Source: a virus
IMG/VR virus record: IMGVR_UViG_3300020160_000328
Span: 1 to 64,000 of that record
Length of the DNA stretch: 64,000 nt
Strand: one strand, 5' to 3'
Shown here: one piece after another, positions 1-12,900 of the stretch
Layout of the letters: each line of letters opens with the position of its first letter
How positions within the stretch are numbered: the stretch's first letter is position 1
Notes under the pieces: model-generated
Databases searched by the model: none
Told to the model about the DNA's origin: nothing
The model's input: only the letters and a program-made list of their open reading frames with translations
Translations under genes and position numbers: made by a program

Positions 1-3000
1 AATCTTTATCATCATCATCATTGTAAGTAAGACTTGCAATAGCAAATTTAATTGCTAGTAAGCTTAACATAATAGCTAACTCTCTTGTCATAGCTTGCAT
101 AGAGTTTATTTCTTCTTGAGACATATTAGTTCCTGCAAAGCTATTGTTTTTAATTTGTAACTTATTTAAACCTGGAACTGATGAACCTATTCTAGAAGGA
201 TAGTTTAAACTCTCTATTAAAGTTGACTTTAAGAACTGAACCATCTCTTGAGCATAATTTACATCTCTTTTTAAAGATTCTTCTGTAGTAATCTTTTTAA
301 CAAATTGATTATATACATATGCACTTACTAATCCAGCTCCCATTAATCCTACTATACCTAATGAACCATAGGAAATACCTAAAACTCCTAAAACATACAT
401 TAGAAAATTAGCTTTATTAGTTTTATAACCTGCAATAAATCTACCTTCTTTCTTTTCTTTACCTGTGAATAAATTGTAATTATCTTTACCTCTTAATCCC
501 CATCTTTGATTCATATGTTCAGGAAACCAAGTCATAAATAATGTACCAGCTCTACCCCAAATATTTTTTTTAGCTAACATTATATCATATTGATTGTAGT
601 TACCTTGAGAGTGTGATACAGCATCTTCTATCTTTAAAGTAAGCTTAGTCATTTCATCACCTTGTAATGAGAATGAGTCTTCAAACTCAGGTTTAATTTT
701 TAATACCCCATCTATAATATCAAAAGGTACAAACTTCTTAGTATCTTTATCTAATAATGTATGTTCATTACCTTGGTTATCTTTAATTTTAGTATCCATC
801 ATAATAGATAACATAATAGCACCTTGATTTTTAAATTCAGGTCTTTCTACAGCCCATTTGAATAAGTTTAAAGATTCTGTATTGAATTTAGATTCATCTA
901 CATTTCTTTGTAATTCATTCTTTCTGTCTTGTAATGTACCTAATTTATTTATAAGTAACTCAAATGTTTCTATTGTATGTTTTCTTTCTTTATAAGTATC
1001 AGTTAATCTATGTGGTAGTATCTTAGTTAAGTTAGAAAAAGCCATCATTTGATTAGCTACATCTATATTACCTTTAGTCCAATACTCATTAGTTAAATCC
1101 ATAATCATAGCTGAGTGTTTACCTTCTATCCTGTTGAATATACCTGATATAGGATTTAAAGCTAATGATTTATATATGATAGTTTTTAAAGTACCATCTA
1201 TAAGTCCAGCTACATTTAATTCTAAACCTAAACTAAGTTTCTTATCTTCTATATATTTATCAAAATATTTTCTAAACTGTTCTTCATCAATAATATTACC
1301 ATTATAATTATGTAAATATTGTTCAGTCTCAGGGTCTAATACTCTTTGTAATAAGTGTCCTAACTCATTAATAGTAAACTCTCCAGAGTATCCTACTTTT
1401 TGTAAAGATTTTAATTCTTCTAAAGTTTTCTTTTCAGCTTCATTTAGTAATCTTAATCTCTCAGTACTTGTTACTTTTTTTGATAATTTTTTATAAAAAC
1501 TAGCTAACATTGATTTATTAGATAAATCAGTTCCACCTACTTCAGAATAACCTCTTTGCTTTTCACTTTGGTTTAATATAATTTTAGATACATAATACTC
1601 AAGTCTTTGCATAGAGTTTTTATTATCTATAACATCACCACTTTTATTTTTTATTTTCTTAAATTTATTTAATACACCTTTAGCCATAGGTGCTACATCC
1701 AATCTAGTTTCATGTAATGCAGCTTCTAAAGCCATAGCTTTAAATACAGTGTTTATATCTGTAGAGTAATCTTTTAATATCTCTGTTGTAGCTTTCTCAT
1801 AAGCATCAGTTCTAGATATACCTTTTAACATGTACACTTTAGCTAACTGAGCTATTTCTTTTTTAGATGTGTCTGAGTAATTAGAAACTATTCCTTCTTG
1901 TACTTTGTGTTTACCTTGTTCATAAAAGAAAGCTTTATACTCATGTCCTAATTCTTTAAATTGTTTACCTACCTTTCCAAAAGCTTTACTATTAGCTCTA
2001 ACAGATTTAATATTCTCAAGCATTCTTTCATTAAAAGTAGATTTAACTTTAGGATAAGATAATCTACCTTGATCTTCTAAGTTATATGTAGAGTTAATGT
2101 AATTAGACATTTCTTTAAGAATAGTCCAATACTCTACTTTATCTCTATCACCTAAGATATTTTGAAATTCTTCTGAGTAAAAACCTGAGTCTTTTTCTTC
2201 TGAAATTCTTTCTGTATCTGTAGTAATTGTTTTAACTATTTTACTTTTAGGTAATATAGCTAAGTCATTAAAAGCAGAAAAATATACTTTACCTTGTCTA
2301 TCTTCACCATATGTATAGTTCATTTGTCCTGGAGTACCTTTCTTATATTCTTTAAGGAATTGCCATACATCATGACTAGCTAAGTTTCTTTCTTTATATT
2401 CACTATCAGATTCTTTTAATTCTTCAAACTTTTGTAACTTGTTAAGTACTTGAGATATAACTTCATCATATCTAGGTCCTAATTGTTTCTTTATGTTTTC
2501 TTCATAAGAATCTATTTGCTCATCTGTATGTGTAAAGTGTTCTGAATATACATCTCCATATATATTCTTAACATCTCTTAATCTAGTAAAATCTATTAAA
2601 TTAGTATTATTTTTATACCAATTAACTAAGTTAGTATATGTAGTTTTAGTATCTACATTGTTACTAGCAAGTGAATCTATAAATTGTTTTAGTTTAGTAT
2701 TTCTATTTCTAAACTCACCATACCAACCTTTAGAAAATATATCTATAAGGTGACCATCTATTTCTCCTTTACTATTTCTAGAAAATACCCAATCAAAATC
2801 TTTCATGTTAGTTCTCTTAGTAAAACTATTTAGTTTATCTATAAGTGCAATAACATTATTTTGATTCTCATGTAGTTTAGTTCTAAACTCAGACATTAAG
2901 AATTGAGGTAGTATAGTTTCATTTGTAGTAGAACTGATTAATCCTAAAAAAGTTTTATCAGCCCAAGATATATCAGACTCAGCAGTAAGTAAATCTTCTA

Positions 3001-3865
3001 CTTGTAATTTATCTATATCTTCTCTATCTGTATTTAAGTTAGTAACTAGATCTTGTACTAATATATTTTCTTCTAATTGTTTTACTACTTTATCATCAAG
3101 TAATTTATCATATGAATTTAATAGTCTAGTTATCTTACCTGTAATCTCATTAAAGTCTTCATGACCATAAGGTATTAATTCTTTAACAAACTCTGAATAG
3201 TAATCTAACTTTTCTTTTACATCATTTACTTCATGTATATTAAAATCTTTTAAAGCAGCATCTATACTGTTTAAATCATCTATAATAGCATGAAACATAT
3301 AATCTACTTGATTATTAGCTAATATCTCTAATTGATTAGAAATATTAATAGATATCTTATCTAACTCTTTTAATTTAGCTCTAGACTCTACTGTATCAGT
3401 ATTTTTTAATCTTTTTCTTTTAGCTTCTATTTCTTCTAATTGAGTTTGTTTATATCTTACAAACTCTGCATAATTATCTCCAATAGGTTTTTGAGAATTT
3501 TGTAATTCCTTATCTAACTCTTGTTGAACTTGATATCTAGAACTATACACTTCATCATTAGCATTTTGTTGAGACATTGCTTCAGCAAGTTTTCTAGAAG
3601 GATGAATATTAAATTCTACTCCATCAACTTTCTGACTAAATGATACAACTGCATTATATTGTTCTGCTCCAAATTCCTTATTCAAAAGGCTTTCTAAATT
3701 TTTTACTTTACCAAACAAAACATTTTTAGAAGGATTGCTGGCATCATAAGGAATGAAACCAGCAACTCTATCTGAGTATTTTGTAAATTTAACAGAGTCA
3801 AAGTTATCTTTAACCCTGTTTTTAAGTAAGTCTTGTATGTCTTTTTGTGTTACTATACAACTCAT
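1..3865 (-). CDS. Large virion cargo/ejection protein downstream of the vRNAP gene; runs off the left edge
   Basis: Not in the ORF track. ATG at 3865 (MSCIVTQKDIQDLLKNRVKDNF...); the frame appears open to the window edge, with a hydrophobic Gly-rich stretch near 330-410. Position matches the third giant protein of crAss-like phages. Confidence 0.75.
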   Translation of the reverse strand, partial: MSCIVTQKDIQDLLKNRVKDNFDSVKFTKYSDRVAGFIPYDASNPSKNVLFGKVKNLESLLNKEFGAEQYNAVVSFSQKVDGVEFNIHPSRKLAEAMSQQNANDEVYSSRYQVQQELDKELQNSQKPIGDNYAEFVRYKQTQLEEIEAKRKRLKNTDTVESRAKLKELDKISINISNQLEILANNQVDYMFHAIIDDLNSIDAALKDFNIHEVNDVKEKLDYYSEFVKELIPYGHEDFNEITGKITRLLNSYDKLLDDKVVKQLEENILVQDLVTNLNTDREDIDKLQVEDLLTAESDISWADKTFLGLISSTTNETILPQFLMSEFRTKLHENQNNVIALIDKLNSFTKRTNMKDFDWVFSRNSKGEIDGHLIDIFSKGWYGEFRNRNTKLKQFIDSLASNNVDTKTTYTNLVNWYKNNTNLIDFTRLRDVKNIYGDVYSEHFTHTDEQIDSYEENIKKQLGPRYDEVISQVLNKLQKFEELKESDSEYKERNLASHDVWQFLKEYKKGTPGQMNYTYGEDRQGKVYFSAFNDLAILPKSKIVKTITTDTERISEEKDSGFYSEEFQNILGDRDKVEYWTILKEMSNYINSTYNLEDQGRLSYPKVKSTFNERMLENIKSVRANSKAFGKVGKQFKELGHEYKAFFYEQGKHKVQEGIVSNYSDTSKKEIAQLAKVYMLKGISRTDAYEKATTEILKDYSTDINTVFKAMALEAALHETRLDVAPMAKGVLNKFKKIKNKSGDVIDNKNSMQRLEYYVSKIILNQSEKQRGYSEVGGTDLSNKSMLASFYKKLSKKVTSTERLRLLNEAEKKTLEELKSLQKVGYSGEFTINELGHLLQRVLDPETEQYLHNYNGNIIDEEQFRKYFDKYIEDKKLSLGLELNVAGLIDGTLKTIIYKSLALNPISGIFNRIEGKHSAMIMDLTNEYWTKGNIDVANQMMAFSNLTKILPHRLTDTYKERKHTIETFELLINKLGTLQDRKNELQRNVDESKFNTESLNLFKWAVERPEFKNQGAIMLSIMMDTKIKDNQGNEHTLLDKDTKKFVPFDIIDGVLKIKPEFEDSFSLQGDEMTKLTLKIEDAVSHSQGNYNQYDIMLAKKNIWGRAGTLFMTWFPEHMNQRWGLRGKDNYNLFTGKEKKEGRFIAGYKTNKANFLMYVLGVLGISYGSLGIVGLMGAGLVSAYVYNQFVKKITTEESLKRDVNYAQEMVQFLKSTLIESLNYPSRIGSSVPGLNKLQIKNNSFAGTNMSQEEINSMQAMTRELAIMLSLLAIKFAIASLTYNDDDDKD

Positions 3866-3888
3866 TATATTATAATTTTAATTGTTTA

Positions 3889-3896
3889 CAAAGATA
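3889..3896 (-). promoter_or_regulatory. Bacteroidota-type -7 promoter element (TATCTTTG)
   Basis: TAnnTTTG match in the intergenic gap, 23 nt upstream of ATG 3865. Confidence 0.5.
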
Positions 3897-3906
3897 CATA
3901 TTATTA

Positions 3907-6900
3907 TTAACATTTTTTAATTTCAGGTAATCTAAAGTTATTTCTTCTTGAATCATAACTATCTCCTCCTGAAGTAAATTTACTCATGTCAAATTCTAAT
4001 ACTTTTGTTTCTTTATTTTCTTGTACAATAGGTTTGTTAGTTTGTTCTATTTTATGAGTAGTTAATATGAATGAAGCATCTTCAGCTCTTGTTACTGCAA
4101 CATATTTTAATTGACTTTTTAACTCACTATCTTGAAAACTACTTATTGTATCATCTAAAATAAAAGAATACTTATATGTACCACCTTGAGATTTATGAAT
4201 TGTATGTGAATAACCATAATCTAAAGTTTTTCCTATTTTAGTATAACCATTATGTTTTATATCTACAGGGGATAAAAATGAATCTTTAAATTCTGTTAAA
4301 GTAGCCCAAGCTCTAGCACTTGCAGGACTACCTTTAGGTTGTTGAATTGCATTTAATCTTAATTGTTCATAATAAGAACCAATAGAATTTAAAATTTCTT
4401 CTGAGTTATCTTTACTAATTATAAATCCTCTAAAACTACTTTGTTCACTATCTAATATATTTTTAATCTCAACCTCAAAACCTTTTACTTTTTCGCCAGC
4501 TATATTATTAGTTGTTTCTTTAGAAGATATAATTTTATAATCTCCACCATTATTTAATTTAGGTTGTTTAGTTTTAAAATCTACTTTCCAATTACCATAC
4601 CCCATTATAATATCACCTGATTCATATTCTTTAGCTTCTTTACCAAATAATGCTTCTCTTATACTATTATTAGTTTCTTCTACTACTTTATTAGTACCTG
4701 ATAATATTCTAAGTAACAAAGGATTTTCTTTAAACTCTTCTGATTTAAACATATCAAAAGCTTTTGTTAAAAATTGAACCCTACTATTAGTAAAAGCAAT
4801 ACCTTTATTATTATCAATATTTGTAGTATAACTAAAATCACCAGTATTTCTTACATTCATAGATTCATTTAATAATGAATTGTTATTAGCTCTTTCAACT
4901 ATAGTTAATTTACTTTGTGCTTCAGTAGAAGTTAATGCTTTAGATTTATGTGTTTGTTTAACAGGTTTAATTTGAGCATCATCACCAACATAAAGAATCT
5001 TAACACCCATATTATCTAAATAATTATTAATTAAGTTAAATAACTCATCATTTATCATTGAAGCTTCATCAATAATTACAACATCATCTTGGTTAACTTT
5101 TAAATTATTTTGAGGTGTAAATTTAGCATCTTTACTATCAAATGTTTCTAAATCTTGTTCTATATTTAAACCTAATAATTGATGTAATGTATAAACTTTA
5201 GCATCTTTGTTTTTTAATTTAATAACAGCATTAGCTCTATGTGTAGGAGAAGTAAATATAACATTACTAAAAGGATTATCTATTTTTTCTTTTATTATAT
5301 TTAATAAAGTTGTTTTTCCTGTACCTGCATAACCTATTAAAGAATGTGTTTTTCTATCTTTATTATTAAAAAATTCTATTATTTCATTAAAAGCTTTTTC
5401 TTGATCTTTATTTAAAATTATTTTACCATTATTTATTATTTTAGATTGTTCTTTAATAGGTTCTACTCTTTGTACTTCAACCTCTAGAACTTCTACTCTA
5501 TCTTCTTGAATTACTTCTTGTAATGTAGGTTTAGCTTCTTTAAGTTCTATACCTTTATTATCAGGACTAATTTCTTTTTCAGTTTTAAGTAGATCTTTTA
5601 TAGCTCCAAATATCTCATCATTATATTTTAAAGTTTTACCTGTTGAATTATTGTAAAATATACCAAATAAATCTCTTAACATTTTTTTGAATCTATCCAT
5701 AAATCCTTCTTGTTTCTCTTCAAGCTTAGCTCTATAATCAGGAGATACAAAAACACCAGCTATAAATTCATATATGTCTTTAGAGTAATAAGTTGATATA
5801 TCTCTTTCATCATAAGGTACTTCTTGTCTAGCTGCTTCATACAATGCAACTAATTTGTTAGCAAACAATGGAGCATTTTCTATTAAAGTAACTTTTCCAG
5901 TTGTCTTATCCTCACTTTGTATATATTTCTTAATCTCATTAACAGTCATTGAATGTATAATCTCTTCAAATATAACTTCTTTAACTATGTTAATAGCATC
6001 ATTAAAACTTCCATTAGTTTGTAATAAAGCATCTTCTACTATAGTTGAACTAATAGTTATTGTATTAGTATCTCTATTGTATTGTCCAAATGTTCCATTA
6101 GACATAGGTGCATATTCAAACTTAACATCTAACTTAACATAATCTTTAAGTTCATTAATAAAGTTTTTATACTCTTGTGATGTTTTTTCAGAGTCATATA
6201 TTTTTTGTAATATACCCTCTAAACCTAAACTTGATGGTAACAACTCATTAACACTAGGAAGTTTAGTTCTTAATCTAGTATCCTTGTTAATGTAACTTCT
6301 TACACCACCTATATTATCAATCTTAAATGTACCTTTTTTAAACACATTGTTTTTTACAATTGTAGTTTGTACAGGATTATTTGAATTATACTCATTGTAA
6401 CCTCTAGTACCTAATACATCTATTCTCTTATAAGAATCTGAATCTTCATTATACTTAAATAAGATATATTTCTTATTAGAAGTTTTAATTGAACCATCTC
6501 TTACAGATACAAACTCAGGAGTTTCATTCTCTAATCTAAATTCTTCTAATGTATTAGCTTTAGCTAACTCTCCTTTTATAGCTACAAAACCTTTATCTAC
6601 TTGATTATTTGGATTTAATGTGTAAGCTCTATCAGGATTATGTTGAAAGAATTGAGTAACAAAATTATCCATTAAAGTATTCTCTTGTCCATCTTTAATC
6701 TTATCAAACATGTTTCTAAACTTATCAGTTGATTGTAATACTTTTAAGTAATCAACAGATATAAAGTTTCTAAATCCTGTAGCTCCATTTTCATTATCAG
6801 CTAAGTAAGCATATGATGCTAAATCTTGTGCCAACTTTTGTGATGTTAATGTTTCACCATTAAACTCTCCTAACACTTCATCTGATTGTAATAACTCATT

Positions 6901-9900
6901 AAAAGATTCATATTTAGATATCTTATCAAAAGATGTACTATTAGAAGCTAAGTGACTTATTAGAGATATACCTGAACCATCTTTATTAATCTCAAATTTA
7001 AAATCTTTCAATAATAAATTATTCATAATAGGATGTCTAGATTCTTTTAACTCTTTAAGTATTTTAGCTAATGATTTATTAGTATCTGTATCTTTAAATA
7101 ATCTAGCTCTTTCATTGTTAGCATTACCTTGGAATATACCTGTATCAGAAGATATAAAATCATTTAAGTTAGACATTATCTCATACTTTAATTTAAGTAC
7201 ACTAGATGATTTCTTATTAGGATCTATATTTTTTACAGTAAATATTCTATTTACTACATCTTGATAAGCTTTAGCTTCATATGGAAAGAATATAGGTAAT
7301 ACATCTTGAGCTGATTTTAATGAATTAATTAACATTGTACCTTCAATAGTATTAGGTTTCCAATAGAACTCTCCTACTTTAGTGTATTCTTTTCTCTCTT
7401 CCATAGGTAATTCTAAATACTCATAATCACTTATAGCATTACCAACTAAGTTATTTGAATTTTCAAATGAATTAGTTCTACCTAAATTATTAAGTGTTTC
7501 TATTCTTTGCATTACTTCAAAGTAAGATATACCTAATTCTGATGTAGATAAGTTAATTAATTGTTGGTATTGAGATAACTCTAAAGCTTTAGCTTGGAAT
7601 CTAAAGAACTTTTGTAATGCTGCTGCTTGTATATTAGAGCTAACATTATCTTTCTTTAAATTATCCCAAAGCTTTTGTCCTGTCATTTCATTACTAGCTT
7701 CACTATATACATTACCTTCCATAAAGTTTGTAAGACTATAAACACCAAATTGGTTTTTAAGTGGTACAAAATTATATCTTTTACCTAACTCTTCTAATAT
7801 TTTACTATCTGTATCCTTAGAAAACTCTGCTGTAATAGAAGAGTATTTCTCTTTCAATTCTACATAATCTCTAATTACAGGTTGATTCATTAACAATGAT
7901 GGTACATGCAATTTGGTAGATTCCCCTATTCCTGTATTAACTTTATCTAAAGTTAAATCAAAACCTAAGTGAGCCATAAAAGCATACACTGACATAGTAT
8001 GAGTATTTTCATTTCTTTTACCCATAATCTGTTTGTTAATATTATCTGTAGATACGTTTTGGTTTTCACCATGTTGATCTGCTACATCTCTACCACCATC
8101 TAAAGTTTTATAAGATTTACCTAACCAACCTTCAGATGTTAAACCTCTACCTATTGTTTCATCAAAATATATAGGAGCTTGAGTTTCTAAATCATAATGG
8201 TCTACAATTCTAACTTTATTATCATTATCAATCTTTTGTAATTGAGCTTCTAAAGTTACAGCATTAGAGTGAACCCCAATACCACCTTTACCATCAGCAC
8301 CTAATTTTAATAAGTATCTTTGATAGTTATCACTTAAGATACTAAAGTTAGTATAATCTTTATCTGTAGATAAATACTTATCCATTAAACTAGAAGTTTC
8401 TTCTGCTGTATCTGTTACAAGAGGTCTAAATATCTTTCTTTGTATTTCATCATTTGGTGATTGATACACAGATTTATAAATATCTATTAAAGAGTTTTCT
8501 AACATTTTAAGTTTTAACTTATTCAATGCTTTCTTACCTACTTTAATTAAACCTTCTGAGTTAGCATTAACTCCCATATCTACAATTTCATCTCTTAACT
8601 CTTGTGCTTCATCTACTAAATTACTTTGAGTAAGTGCACTAACTAACTTATCAGATGTAATATCTTCTTGAGTTAATATAGAGTTAATAGTTTCAATTGA
8701 AGCTTTTACATTTTCTTCATATTGTAATTTCTTAATTGAACCTGTTTTAGAATCTACATAGTAGTTAGATTTATAGATATATCTTTTATCAATATCATAA
8801 TCCTCCCCTAACTGAACTGTGTGTTCTTTAGGTACTAATAATAAATCTCCAGCTTCAGTAGGTAAGAACCCTGCTACTTTCAATACCACACCTGATTGAT
8901 GTGAAGATGTAGGGATTCTAAAAGAGAATTGACTTAATAATTGTTCATCAATTTTATCTTGTTTTAACTTTCTACCTGTTATTTTACCATCAGTAATTAT
9001 AGGTTCTGAATATTCATCTGATTGTAAATCTATATATTTAAAACCATAAGTATCATTACCTTGTTCATCTTGTCCATTAACATATCTTACTTTATAGTGA
9101 GATTTAATTAACACTTCAGATTCAACTATTTGACCATCTTTATTTATTGTAGATTTTAATTCACCTGGACCTCTATCTCCTAACCATACAATACCATTTC
9201 TAGTTTTTTCACTTATAGCTTCTAAGTTAGTGATTCTTTCAAACCCTTCAGATGAAGCAGATATATGTGAGTTTCCTGGTAACTTATGATTAATAAGTCT
9301 AGAAGATACAATAGCTAATAGTAGTGATTCAAACTTATGTGAGTTAGCATCAAACATTAAAGGCATCTCTGTCTTTAATATACCAGCTTCTTCAACTAAT
9401 CTAACACTTTCTTCTAAGTAGTTAGGATAACCTCTTTCTACAATTTCTTTTTTAATAATTCTTTGTAAGTTAGTTATGATTTCATTTTGTTGAGGTTCAC
9501 TCAATTGTTCAAAACTTCTTCTATCATTTAAACCTAGTTCAGAATATAAATCATCTTTTAAAGTTTGACTATACTCAGAGTATATATTTTTGTATATCTT
9601 ATCTAAATCTTGTCCACTTAATTTACCTTTAACTGGTAATACACCATTCATATCTAAAATATCTTGACTAAACAAGTTAGGGAATATTTTCTCTGTGATA
9701 TGGTTTATACCATTACCTGTAATAACTTTAAAGAACTGAGAACCCATTGTTATATATGAGTCTTTACCTTTCTTATAAGCTTTCTCTTCTTTAGATGGAG
9801 TTTCTTGTTGTACTTTAAAGTTCTTAGTAGGTAATACACTAATAGCAGAATTTAATAATCCTGTATTATCTTCTGTGTATAATTCATTAATATCTTTAGA

Positions 9901-12900
9901 GTATAAGTCTTCCATAGAAAGTTTAGTATTTCTAGCACCAATTTTATTAGCTGTCTGATAAGACATTCTAACTACTGTACCAGATCTTTCTTCTAAAGTT
10001 TCTAATTTCTTTCTAACTTCATCTATCTTCAAGTTCTTAGTTACTTGTGGTAACAATGGGAAACTTGATGATTTTATATATACAGGTCTTATTAAATTAC
10101 CTTCAGGAACTAAACCAGTATAAACAGGTTTAATAGGTTGCATCAAAGTTTTTAACTCTTCTGCATTTACTTCTTGTCCATTAGAAAGTTTTTCATAAGC
10201 TGAACTTATTATTCTTTCATCTTCATCTGTTAGTTTACCTTGTCTATATAAAGTATCTATATGTGCTTTCCAAGTAGTATACTCTTGAGCATCTGTACCT
10301 GTAATATTAAAGTAATCTTTTAATTCAGATAGATGAGACTCAATAAGTACTTTCTTTCTTTTCTCTAATGCTTTTATTTCATTACTATCTTGAGTACTAT
10401 TTATTTTTTCATCAATACTTAAAACTTCATCTAAAGCTTTACTTGCTTCATTTTCAAATTTACCATATTGTGATTCAACTAATTCTCTAATAACTGAAGA
10501 CATACTCTCAACATCATTTACAGCTATGTGCATGTAGTGTGTATTGTTTTTGTATAACTTGTTATCTGAGTTAGCTAACTTCAACCCTGGTGCAATAAGT
10601 GATGCAGCTCTTTTATCAATAATAACTCCAATACCTTCTAATATAGAACCATATACTTTAGGATCTGATATTCTAGAAGTATCTATTGTACCATCTGTGT
10701 TAAAAGCCATACCTGATATCTTACCAGCTTTAGAGTAATATGCTATATCTCCTAAATATACTTGATGTATATTATTTAAGTTTAAGATATTATTTATAAT
10801 AAACTCTGTAGTTACATATCTTAATTTATCTAAAGATGTTTCTCCAGGTTTAGAATTTAAGTACTCTGTATCAATATTTTTAACTCTAATACCAGATTCT
10901 TTTTCATCCTCTACAGTATTATCATACATATCAAATTGTACAAATTGTCCTTCTGTACCTTTAGAATTAATCTTAGAATTTAATTCAGAATTAACATAAG
11001 CAGCAATTTTAGCTTTAGCTTGTGTTCTTAATTCTTGCATTACCTCTGGAGAAGCTTTCTCAAAGTCAGGATCTCTTAAGTACTCATGTATGTTTTTACC
11101 TTTATAATCTATAGAGTTTAAACTAGGTAAAGAAGTAAATATTTTAGATGCTACATCATATTCTTTTATATTTGTTTTACCATTCTTATATGATTGTACT
11201 ATTCTGTTTAAGTCAGACTCAAACAATTGTTCTGATAAATAACTTAATACATTATCATCTAAAGCTACAGTATCTCCATCAAAAGTAATGTTATCACTTT
11301 TTAAATCTAATAATGCTGTAGTTAAATATACCATTCTACCTTTATCAGATAGTGTAGGTGTAGTTAACTGTCCTATTCTAAAAGATAAACCTTTTTTAAA
11401 GTTTGGATCTGATAATGTAGGATTACCTTTTGTGTTAGTATATAAAGCAAATGTTGTAGCAATGTTATCTTGTTCAGCTATTTTATCAAAATCTGTATCT
11501 CCAAAGTTATTCTTACCATGAACTTTATATGAGTCTGGTGAAGAGAAACCTACTGAGAATGCTTGATTAAATTTAGCATCATTCTCTAACAATTCAATAA
11601 TAGTATTGTTTTTAGTTAAAGCATTATTTTTCAAAGCTTTAAATAAATCTGAGTTCTCAAAGTCTTTTAACTCTTGAGTAATATCATATATTGAAGTATT
11701 AGCAATAACACCTTGCATAGTCTTACCTGCAACTCTAATAGAGTTAGATACAAAACTACCATTTAACATTACTTCTAATTGAACTAATTTATCTAATGCT
11801 GAGTTAGCATTATTAAATAAGTTATTAGTTTTCTCTGTTAATAATATTTTCTTACTATCTTTCTTATCTTTATCAGCTTTTATTAAATCATTTAATTTTT
11901 GATTTACAAACCAAAGTATACCTGTGTTTTTCTCAAAAGGATTATTTCCTTTTAAGTACTCTTTAATAGTATTATCATTGAATACACCTAAACCAAAGTG
12001 ATTGAATATCTCTCTAACTTTAGTTTCATCTGCACTCTTACCATTATCTAATATGTATTTAGATAAAGCTTTTTGTGCATTCTCAGTATATTGTCTATTT
12101 AAGATTATATCTCCTGCATCATCAGTCTGTCCAAAAGAAGAAGAAATAAATCCATCTTTAATAGAGTTTCTTAATCTCATATCTTCTTTAGAAGAGTTTT
12201 CATCTAATACAGATAAATCATATCCTGTTATAATTTGTTGTCCTTTACTATTGTATCCATAGATAGGGCTATTTAAAATTTTATAGATTGTTAATTTCTT
12301 AGCAATAGATTTGTACAATAACTCATTCTTTAAATAATCAGGTAAAGCATTCAACTTGTTTTTTAATTGTTGATATATAGGTAAACCTCTATCTTCATAA
12401 GCAGCATCTAATCTAGATACTAAAGTATCCCAGTTACTATTCATTGTAGAAGTTATATCTAATAGTATATTAATTACATCATCTACATTATGATACTTAG
12501 GTAAATTTAAGAAACCTGTTACTTGATTCTTATTAGAATTTAAAGTTGGAACTCCAAATAAACTTAATCTTAAACCTACTGAATAACTTAACTTCAATTC
12601 TTTTTCTAAGAAAGATTTTGAGAAAGAATCTTCATTCTCTTCTATATCTTCTTCTTCTAAATTAGTACCAAATAAAGTATTAAGCTCTTTAGTTATAGAA
12701 CCTAAATTATCTTTCTTAGTAGATATAAGTTTATCTCCTTGCTCAAAGATAGTATCCATAGTTTCAATGTTACTTTGTAATTTTAAAATAACATCTTGTA
12801 AACTTTGTCCTCTTTCATTTTGAACCATTCTTTTTTCTTCAGGTAGATTACTTAAATTAGCAAGTATACTTTTATTAGTATTATACACTGGTACTAAATG

